In this document: one piece after another, positions 30,506 through 38,063 of the stretch | Layout of the letters: each line of letters opens with the position of its first letter | How positions within the stretch are numbered: position 1 is the first letter of the stretch | The notes under the pieces: generated by a model | The model's input: only the letters and a program-made list of their open reading frames with translations | Told to the model about the DNA's origin: nothing | Database searches by the model: none | Made by a program: the position numbers and the translations under genes | Assembly: GCA_963749495.1 (NCBI GenBank) | Contig: CAVVMW010000010.1 | Span: 320,001-384,000 of the forward strand | Length of the DNA: 64,000 nucleotides | Reading direction: 5' to 3' | Source of the DNA: an uncultured bacterium | GTDB taxonomy: Bacteria > Verrucomicrobiota > Verrucomicrobiia > Limisphaerales > UBA8199

Positions 30506-32044
30506 ATGGCTAACGACGGCCTGATTCCACTCCCTGCATTCAACGCGGTCGCGCGCACAGCGGTTGACTTTGTGGCTCAGGGCAAAAACGTGGCAATCGT
30601 TGCGCCACCCGGTGCAGGCACATCGTCGCTGGCTTCCGCGGTCCAAGGCGGCCTGCTTGCTGGTCGCATTCCGTTCGGCGCCTTCAACTGCATCGGTGAA
30701 GGACAACTGGCAGACAGGCTGGCTGCGCTCAAAGCACCCAAGCTCAAGAAGGGAAAGCCGCGCGTCATTCTGATAGACCACGCGGCGTCGCTACCCGTCA
30801 CCCAACTTCAAACGGTCGTTGACCGGATACGCCAGCTTGAAACCAACGTGCCAATTGCCCAGCTTTGGCTCGGCCCTCTCGACTCCCGTTCCCTCAAGGC
30901 CGCAGCCAACATTGACCTCCACACCGATATCCGGACGCACCTGTGCGTGCCTGAATTGGGCCGCGACAACTTGCTCCGTCTCTACCGCGCCATCGCCAAG
31001 CGCAAGGATCGCTTGTGGGGCGAGGCGATGCTCTACTTCGCGCTCGACTGGTGCGGCAACGACCTCGCTTTGGCCGAGCAGGTGGTCGAGCACTTTTACG
31101 GGAACTGGACGGAGCACATCTACGACGCAGAAGTGGCGGAATGTTTGCAGAAATGGCTGACCGAAAGTGGAGCCGTACGCGGGTATCGTCAGCGCTTTGC
31201 CGCATTGCCAGATGTCTGTAAGGAGAAACTCCGTCTCTTATGCGGTGGCGGCAAACTCATATCCCATCGCCCGGAAGTTCATCTGGAAACCTCCGGAGAC
31301 ATCCGGGGCCTCTTTCTCGCCGGTTTTCTCTGCGCCAACCTGCTACCCGGCTATTGCCAGCTCCGCAATCTCACGGCCCGCTTCATCGTCGAGGAGCACA
31401 TGGCCCTCCAACCGGATCCCATTGAACTCCTCCGCCACGCCGCCAACACCCGGGTGAACCTGCTGTTGCAGGATGCCAAGGTCTCCTTGCGCGGCATCCT
31501 CAAAACGTTGTTTCGGCAGATGCCGCCCGATGAGGTAAAGCGCCTCCTCAAGAGCACCAGGACCAAGCAGCGGCTCATGGGCGAAGATTGTCGCGCGAGA
31601 CTGGTGGACTGGGCCGGGCAGCAAACGCCCCCCGGCCACCCTGACCTCAGACAGAGCCTCGGGAAGTTTCTGGGCTTGGAGAGCGCGCGCTTCGACGCCG
31701 CCCACAACCTCTGGTCGGAAGTGTGTGACGTCTTCCGCGCAGCCTACGGACTCGAAAACACCAATTCCGAGCCAACCGCTGAACAGGCTGCAAGCTGTCT
31801 AACGTTCAGACAACTCAGCAACCTGCTGCAAACACTGAGTAAAAAGCTTTTCCTTGAAAAGCCTAGGTCCACGCGCCTGGTTGAACCGCCAAACAAGCGC
31901 TGGCCCGGCTACCTGGCCCGCGTCAACCGCCTCCGTAACGATGCCGCGCACCTGCGCAACATCAGTTTTCAAGACATCGAGGATCTACTGCAAACCCTCG
32001 ACGCCATCCGCGAGGACCACTTGGATTTTGGCATCATCCCCTGA
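30506..32044 (+). CDS. Degenerate P-loop NTPase fused to C-terminal Swt1-like HEPN domain
   Basis: APPGAGTSS (Walker A lacking Lys), VILIDH (Walker B variant); C-terminal LTFRQL...LRNDAAH (RxxxxH). Confidence 0.68.
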   Translation: MANDGLIPLPAFNAVARTAVDFVAQGKNVAIVAPPGAGTSSLASAVQGGLLAGRIPFGAFNCIGEGQLADRLAALKAPKLKKGKPRVILIDHAASLPVTQLQTVVDRIRQLETNVPIAQLWLGPLDSRSLKAAANIDLHTDIRTHLCVPELGRDNLLRLYRAIAKRKDRLWGEAMLYFALDWCGNDLALAEQVVEHFYGNWTEHIYDAEVAECLQKWLTESGAVRGYRQRFAALPDVCKEKLRLLCGGGKLISHRPEVHLETSGDIRGLFLAGFLCANLLPGYCQLRNLTARFIVEEHMALQPDPIELLRHAANTRVNLLLQDAKVSLRGILKTLFRQMPPDEVKRLLKSTRTKQRLMGEDCRARLVDWAGQQTPPGHPDLRQSLGKFLGLESARFDAAHNLWSEVCDVFRAAYGLENTNSEPTAEQAASCLTFRQLSNLLQTLSKKLFLEKPRSTRLVEPPNKRWPGYLARVNRLRNDAAHLRNISFQDIEDLLQTLDAIREDHLDFGIIP

Positions 32045-32048
32045 GCCT

Positions 32049-32990
32049 ATGCCTGACCGCGAAACTGGCTTCATCGAATTGACCGGGACCACGCGCATCG
32101 TCTTCGCCGCAGGTGTCTGGAAAGGCCAGTCGCGCGGCAGCATTCGCAAGTTCGTCACGACGCAGAGGTACACCGGCCCCACCAAATCCGGCCTCTCTCT
32201 CGGCAGCCCGCTCCTCGTCGAATTGCTCACCGCCGTCCGCAAGCTCGAGGCAACCCTGCCGGCCCAAGGCGAAACCCTCCTTGCCACCGTCGGAAAAACG
32301 AAGGACTGGGAAATCCGCATCACCCTTATCCCCCCCGACGCAGAGAGCAGCCTGCCCAGCCTCGACATCCGCGAATTCGTTGATACCCCCCGCTACACCG
32401 GCCCGACGAAGGCAGGTGTCCGTTTCCCCTGGGACAAACTGAGGCGGTTCGCCGGGCTGCTTGAAACCCTCGCCCAAGACCTCGGCGCTGCTGTCAAAGC
32501 AGAGGCTACCCTCTTCCCCGAAGTCCAACCTGACTGGGTCAAGGAAGCCGCCGACAAAGACAAGACCGGCCCCGAGCACCAGCCGGCCATGCAGGGCTTT
32601 GACGTTGCCAACTTGAAGGACTTCCCCAGGGACTTCTTGCCCAACGGAACGATGGAGGCCGCACAACTCAAGCTCCCGGACGACCCCCTGTTCATCGCTC
32701 AGGACCATGACGGTCATTTCTTCGTCGCCAGTGATTCCGGCTTTCACCAGGTAGTGCGGAACGAAGTTGAAGGCAAGTTCTTGCTCTACGCCCACCACCG
32801 CGGCCAGCGCGACCTGGACCTCCCAAAGGAAATGTTCAAGGTTTTCAGCACCGTTGCCGGGTACGAAAAATACTGCCGCGAGCTGCGCCAAAAGCTCGTC
32901 CGCACCCTCGAAGCCCGCTGCCGCAGCCACCAACTCGCCGAACTCATGGCCCGCCAGACCTTCGAAGCCCACGGCCTGCCCGTCTGCTAA
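32049..32990 (+). CDS. Tandem PC4/YdbC-like ssDNA-binding domains plus a C-terminal domain shared with the operon MTase
   Basis: SIRKFVTTQRYTGPTKSGLSL and DIREFVDTPRYTGPTKAGVRF match the PC4 'DIR.......PTKKGISL' pattern. Confidence 0.72.
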   Translation: MPDRETGFIELTGTTRIVFAAGVWKGQSRGSIRKFVTTQRYTGPTKSGLSLGSPLLVELLTAVRKLEATLPAQGETLLATVGKTKDWEIRITLIPPDAESSLPSLDIREFVDTPRYTGPTKAGVRFPWDKLRRFAGLLETLAQDLGAAVKAEATLFPEVQPDWVKEAADKDKTGPEHQPAMQGFDVANLKDFPRDFLPNGTMEAAQLKLPDDPLFIAQDHDGHFFVASDSGFHQVVRNEVEGKFLLYAHHRGQRDLDLPKEMFKVFSTVAGYEKYCRELRQKLVRTLEARCRSHQLAELMARQTFEAHGLPVC

Positions 32991-33060
32991 CCAGCACCTC
33001 CGATGCCAGTCCTCTACCAGCACCAGAACCCAGTCCCAAACACGCCGGTTCCAAACGCTT

Positions 33061-33135
33061 GTCACGACCTTCGTCGCGGGCTTTGTCGAAGAAGGCCAAG
33101 CCGGCAAAGGCTGCGACAAGGGTTGCGACGAAGCT
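33061..33135. repeat. Diverged repeat family A copy
   Basis: ctttgtcg / cgacaag units. Confidence 0.6.
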
Positions 33136-33291
33136 TTGCTTTTGGCGGCGTCTTGGCACAGGCCCCCAATAGACCAGCCTGTGCAAATCTCCACACCACG
33201 CCGCCGCCCTGCGCCCGGGGAGCCCGGCACTGAGGCAGGCTAATTCCTGTCAAAATCCCGGCTTAGCCTGCGTCCCGGCCCGCTTCGCTCG

Positions 33292-33308
33292 TTGGCATCG
33301 CTCCTGCT
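33292..33308 (+). promoter_or_regulatory. Putative sigma-54 (-24/-12) promoter upstream of the PII gene
   Basis: TTGGCATCGCTCCTGCT: GG-N10-GC spacing; nitrogen-regulator gene downstream. Confidence 0.55.
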
Positions 33309-33342
33309 TAACCGTCTTTGCGGGCTGGACGGTCAAGAAGGG

Positions 33343-33541
33343 GGCCGTTGACAAAGTTGTAGCGCAGGTTTCCAAACCTGCTGTATCGCCGATTTCCAAT
33401 CGGCAGGGCGTCGGCATGTCGAGCGCCCCCGGTCTGCGGACGGCCTGCGGGTTTGGAAACCCGCGATACAGCAGGTTTGGAAACCTGCGCTACGCTGGCG
33501 CCCCTGGCGCACAGGCGCGCCGAGCGACTTTGTCAATGGCC
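33343..33541. repeat. Palindromic repeat family E (GTAGCGCAGGTTTCCAAACCTGC...) with outer inverted arms
   Basis: ggccgttgacaaagt ... actttgtcaatggcc enclosing nested hairpins. Confidence 0.82.
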
Positions 33542-33735
33542 CTGCGGTCACGAAGGGGCATGCGAGAACGAAGCTTGTGAAAAAGGACATTGAGTCATGC
33601 GCCAATGGCAGCCGATGGCGGGTGTCTCGGAGGCATCCTCGGCGCAGAGCGGTTGGTCGTATGGTTTCCCTCGCGCCGGGGCCCGGCCCCGAACCGATGA
33701 AGCTGTTGTCCCGACGGCGCCTGAAACGCGAGCGC

Positions 33736-34074
33736 ATGAAGAAGATCGAAGCGATCATTAAGCCGTTCACATTGGATGAGGTGAGGGCCTGCCTGGTGGA
33801 GTTGGGCATCCAAGGCATGACCGTCAGCGAGGTCAGGGACTTCGTGCGCCCGAAAGGCCACGAGGAGACCCATCACGGCAGCGAGTCCAGCGTCGGTTTT
33901 GCGCCCCAGATCAAGATTGAGACAGTGGTTCCTGCTCACCTGGCCGAGGCGGCAGTTGAGGCCATCCTCGCCGCCGCCCAAACCAAACCGATTGGGGACG
34001 GCAAGGTCTTCATCAGCGATATCGACGATGCGGTCCGGATTCGCACCGCGGAGAGAGGGGCCAGGGCTTTATGA
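33736..34074 (+). CDS. glnB: PII-family nitrogen regulator (GlnB/GlnK-like), divergent T-loop
   Basis: MKKIEAIIKPF.LDEV, GMTVSEV, IGDGKVF, VRIRT; 112 aa. Confidence 0.8.
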   Translation: MKKIEAIIKPFTLDEVRACLVELGIQGMTVSEVRDFVRPKGHEETHHGSESSVGFAPQIKIETVVPAHLAEAAVEAILAAAQTKPIGDGKVFISDIDDAVRIRTAERGARAL

Positions 34075-34497
34075 GTTTCTCATAGCTTTCTCAAGAGCGG
34101 CCCGCCATCCACTTGCCGACCAAAGGGCGGCCTGGGCCTGTTCCGGGTTCTCCCAGCCCGCGCCCGCCCGAAAGTCCTTCACCGGCACCAGGCAACCATC
34201 TTCGAACCCAGCCGTTTGCCTGCTCTCCATAGCCGCACTTGTTGTTGTCATCCAAAGCTGTATCTAGCGAGGCTGGGCCTCAGACCGTGGCTCGGGCATC
34301 CTGCCCAAGCCCCCACGGGCAGGATGCCCGTGCCACAAACTTGACCTGTCTGCATCACCTTTTGAAATTCAAGGACTCTAGCGCCCGGCTCAGCAGCACA
34401 AAATGGGGTGAAACCCGCATCGGGGCGCAAATCAATCCTCGACACTCGACCCTCGTCCCTCGACCCTCGGCGCGCGGAAACCTGACAAACCACAACT

Positions 34498-35727
34498 ATG
34501 TTCCAACCCCACTTTGAGCAACTGCCCGGCGCGCGGATCTTTGCGGGAGCGGGCCCGGCCGTGGTGGCGGAAGCGGCCCAGGCCACGGGCATGGATCGCG
34601 CGGCCGTGCTCGAGGCCGTCACACGCACACTGCTGGTCAAGAAGGGCGTTGATTGGGTCAACCCCATCCTGGGTGAGTACATGGGCCTGTATGCGGATTC
34701 CCTCGCCACCTTCGTGCCGGTGTGGGATAGCCAGTCCGGCCAATTCGCCGCCCACGGCGCCTTGTTTCAGTCCGCCCGGTTTCCCGCCGTCGGTTTGGTC
34801 GCCCACATCCGGACCGGCGAGCGATTCCAAGGGCGGGGTCTGGGAACCCGTGTGGTCGAGCAAGTGGTGCGGGCAGGATTCGCCAACGGTGCGGAGGTCA
34901 TCGCCCTGGCTACGGATGACAAACTGCTGCGCCTCCGGCAAGGGGAGCGGGCCGCCAACCGCCTCTACTCCCGCATCGGCTTCACGGTCCTGGCTGAGAA
35001 GACGCTGTCCGACACGGTGGATTGGCTGATGGCCATTGACCGCCCCGTGTTCGAGCAGGTCCAGCAGTCCAGGCGGGGCAGGGGGGGCAGGCTGCCGGAG
35101 CCGGCGCCCGAGCGCGTTCGGAAACTCCAGGAGAACCTGGCGGCGTCCACCCGTGCCCGCTTGGGCCGGCTGGGCCGCGAGCACCGAATCGAGCCGGTGC
35201 GCGACGGGGACCTGGCCGCCCTGTTCCTGCTCCTGACCTTGTGCCCGCCGGAGGATTTCAGCCTCAAACTCAGCGCCTGGGATGTCCACCACGGCCCCGA
35301 GTTGGAGCGCTCGTTCGTCATGCGGGTGCGTTCGGCACTCGGGGACCAGGACCGCCTCGAGGACGCCTCGCTCGCGCTGCGAGAGGCTGATGGGTGCATC
35401 GCGGCGGTTTGCGCGGCTAGCCAGGAGGCGCCGTTCACACGCAGGACATTCCGGATGGACTTCTACTGCCTGCCGGAGCTGCTTCGGCGCAACGCTCCGG
35501 CGGTGAGGAAACTCGTGCGCCAAACCGTCCGGCGAATCGAATCCTCACCGGGCGTCTCGCGTCCCTGCCGCCTGGCGTTCTGGGGATTGGACGAGGCCAA
35601 GATCGCCCTCTTTCAGGGCCTGGGGTTTGTTCCGACCGGCAATAAGTGTCCCCTTTTCAGTCCGGGGGGAGGCTTGGTGTTCGAGGCAAGGGAGTTCGTC
35701 CGGAGCCTCGGAACGGCAAGGGAATGA
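34498..35727 (+). CDS. GNAT-family acetyltransferase domain protein
   Basis: HIRT.ERFQGRGLG acetyl-CoA motif; ANRLYSRIGF; possible second degenerate GNAT. Confidence 0.7.
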   Translation: MFQPHFEQLPGARIFAGAGPAVVAEAAQATGMDRAAVLEAVTRTLLVKKGVDWVNPILGEYMGLYADSLATFVPVWDSQSGQFAAHGALFQSARFPAVGLVAHIRTGERFQGRGLGTRVVEQVVRAGFANGAEVIALATDDKLLRLRQGERAANRLYSRIGFTVLAEKTLSDTVDWLMAIDRPVFEQVQQSRRGRGGRLPEPAPERVRKLQENLAASTRARLGRLGREHRIEPVRDGDLAALFLLLTLCPPEDFSLKLSAWDVHHGPELERSFVMRVRSALGDQDRLEDASLALREADGCIAAVCAASQEAPFTRRTFRMDFYCLPELLRRNAPAVRKLVRQTVRRIESSPGVSRPCRLAFWGLDEAKIALFQGLGFVPTGNKCPLFSPGGGLVFEAREFVRSLGTARE

Positions 35728-35821
35728 GGCTCTCCGGAAAGAGGCAAAATCATTGTTGGCAGAATCCTGAAAAGGGGTCTTCCGCGCATGATTCTGCCGA
35801 CAATGATTTTGCCACCGCCTC

Positions 35822-37687
35822 TCAATTGGCCTCGCACTCGATCGCGGTCGCCGAGAGGCGCGGCAAGCTCACCGTGTTCTGCGAGACCGGCACCGGGACT
35901 ACCTTCAACCGCTCGGGCGTTTGCCAGTGGTTGATCACATCCGGCTGGCCCCTGTCGAGCGTGTCGCACAGCGCCTCGGCCGCCACCACGCGCGCGCCCT
36001 GGGCGAAACCGTTGAATCCGACGCTCAGGTCCACCGGCTCAGGCCGGAGATTGACGGCGAAGACGACCGCAGCCTTCTTGTCATGGGCGCCGCAGGCAAC
36101 CAGGTCCACGCGGTCGCTGAGTTGCTCGATCCACAGCGGGAGCGGCTTGGCATGGTGCGAGTAGAGGGCCATGGCATAAAAGCTGGCGCGCTTGAGCACG
36201 CCCGTGCCCGATACACCCGTCTCGATGATGGCGCCGCAGAAACTGTTGGCCAGGTTCGAGCGGCACCCGATCTTGACCTTGTCCGAATGGCGCATCATCA
36301 GGTTGAGGTAGCGCGCGTTCCACAGCGCCGCCTCCAGCGTCGGCTGTTTGCCGCGTCCCAATCCCCACGAACCCGCATCGATATTCCATTCCGTCACGGC
36401 CATCCGGATGCGCCCGCAGCCCGGGGTGTGATCGATCATCCGGGCGATGCTCTCAAAGTCCCGCTCGCATTCCGCCAAGTCGGTCGTGTAATGGTGCGGA
36501 CAGACGAAATCAATGTCCTTGCCCACCCGGTCGAGCAGCCGCTGCGTGGGAAACGAGGTCATCAACAGCGCCTTGGGGTCCGCCTTCTTCATCGCGGCGA
36601 TGAACTCGGCGATGCGGTTCAGGTAGCCGGGGTTGTTGCCGCTGATCTCGTTGCCCACCTGCCAGTACTGGACGTGGTACGGCGCCGGGTGGCCGTTGGC
36701 GGCGCGTTTGGCCCCCCAGGGGGTCGTCGTGTCGCCGTTGCAATATTCCACCAGGTCGGCGGCGCTCTGGACGCCGTCCGCAAAGCTGATGCACACCAGC
36801 GGCTCGGACTCGGTCAACTCGCAGAACTGGCAGAACTCGTCGATGCCGACGTCATTGGGATCGAGCCTGCCCCAATTCTCGTTGAGCCAGGGCGTGCGCA
36901 GGTCGCGGTCGCCGACGCCGTTTTTCCACCTGTAATGGCCCGGGTCCACCGTTGAGCCGCCCCAGCGGATGATAGCCGGGCGGACCTCTTGGATGGCCCG
37001 GACCACGTCCCGGCGCCACCCTTGCAGGTTGTCCTCGGGCATGAGCGACAGTTTGTCCGCCCAGAGGCTGCCCTGGCCCTCGGCGCTCAGCTCGAAGACC
37101 GCCTGGCCGGTCCGGCCCGCAGAGACCATTCGGACCGAGTACTTCTTCCATTGCTCCGAGGGCGCCGGTAGTTCCGCCGAGGCCAAGGTCATCCACTCTC
37201 CCGTCGGCAGCAGGAACTTAAGCCGGACTGCGGCCTTGACCCCGCCCTCGGCGCGCAGGTAGCCACAGAAGGCGTAAGTCATGCCCTTCTTCACGCCCAG
37301 GCCCGATTGAGTCAAGCGCGCGGCCTGCGGCCCGGCGTTGAGCCGCGCGCTCCGGGCCCCGTTAAAGGGATTTCCGCTATCCAGGGTCCAGGTGGCGTTG
37401 GTGTCCCACTGCCGATCGCAGATATCGAGCGACCCATCGTAGTAACACCAGTTGGCCGCAGGCACTACGCCCTCGAAGGAACGGTCGTTGAGCAACTCGG
37501 CCCACATCCCGGGCGTCACGTCATCGAGCAACTCGATGAAATTGCCGAACAACTTGGGCTCGATCCGCCCGGCGTGGAGCGGTTGAGAGTGGAGGATGGT
37601 GTCAACCTTTGCAGGTTGGGACTCAGCTCGGAGGACGGGCAGCGCAAAAGCGAGCGTCCAAAGGGTCAGGCTAATCAACCGCTTCAT
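35822..37687 (-). CDS. Secreted alpha-L-arabinofuranosidase (GH51-like)
   Basis: GNFIE, IRWGG, GIDEF, LVEYCNG, YWQVGNE, AVTEWN. Confidence 0.88.
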   Translation of the reverse strand: MKRLISLTLWTLAFALPVLRAESQPAKVDTILHSQPLHAGRIEPKLFGNFIELLDDVTPGMWAELLNDRSFEGVVPAANWCYYDGSLDICDRQWDTNATWTLDSGNPFNGARSARLNAGPQAARLTQSGLGVKKGMTYAFCGYLRAEGGVKAAVRLKFLLPTGEWMTLASAELPAPSEQWKKYSVRMVSAGRTGQAVFELSAEGQGSLWADKLSLMPEDNLQGWRRDVVRAIQEVRPAIIRWGGSTVDPGHYRWKNGVGDRDLRTPWLNENWGRLDPNDVGIDEFCQFCELTESEPLVCISFADGVQSAADLVEYCNGDTTTPWGAKRAANGHPAPYHVQYWQVGNEISGNNPGYLNRIAEFIAAMKKADPKALLMTSFPTQRLLDRVGKDIDFVCPHHYTTDLAECERDFESIARMIDHTPGCGRIRMAVTEWNIDAGSWGLGRGKQPTLEAALWNARYLNLMMRHSDKVKIGCRSNLANSFCGAIIETGVSGTGVLKRASFYAMALYSHHAKPLPLWIEQLSDRVDLVACGAHDKKAAVVFAVNLRPEPVDLSVGFNGFAQGARVVAAEALCDTLDRGQPDVINHWQTPERLKVVPVPVSQNTVSLPRLSATAIECEAN

Positions 37688-37799
37688 GCCAGCCACTTAA
37701 CCAATTTCATCCGCCAAGTCGATTCAAAACCTGGGACAAGCGCGCCCGTCGGCCTCCCCCTGTAATCGGTCAGAACGCGGAAACGGAGTCCCCGGCGAA

Positions 37800-37945
37800 C
37801 CCCTCACCCCAGCCCTCTCCCCTTCCGAAGGGGAGAGGGAGGAGCACCGGCAGCCTCTGGGAATTTCAGGCGTCTCCGCCTTCCCAGGCCGCTAGCGACA
37901 ATTCTCCCTCTCCCCTCGGAGGGGAGAGGGTCGGGGTGAGGGGTC
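37800..37945. repeat. Repeat family C, double hairpin
   Basis: Same arms as 17151-17295. Confidence 0.85.
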
Positions 37946-38063
37946 TGCCGGCCGTGTCGCCCCCGCCTTCATTGAGGCATTACTCCGCCCTGTGTTTCCT
38001 CCTTGCGGTTTGACCCCTTCGGTTCATATTGCGGCGCACAGAATGGTTACAGAGCTTCCGAGC

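Noticed and set aside
22608..32990. Calling the operon BREX or DISARM
   Set aside because: No PglZ, no BrxC-sized ATPase, and no DrmA helicase or DUF1998 protein is recognisable; only individual domain types overlap.
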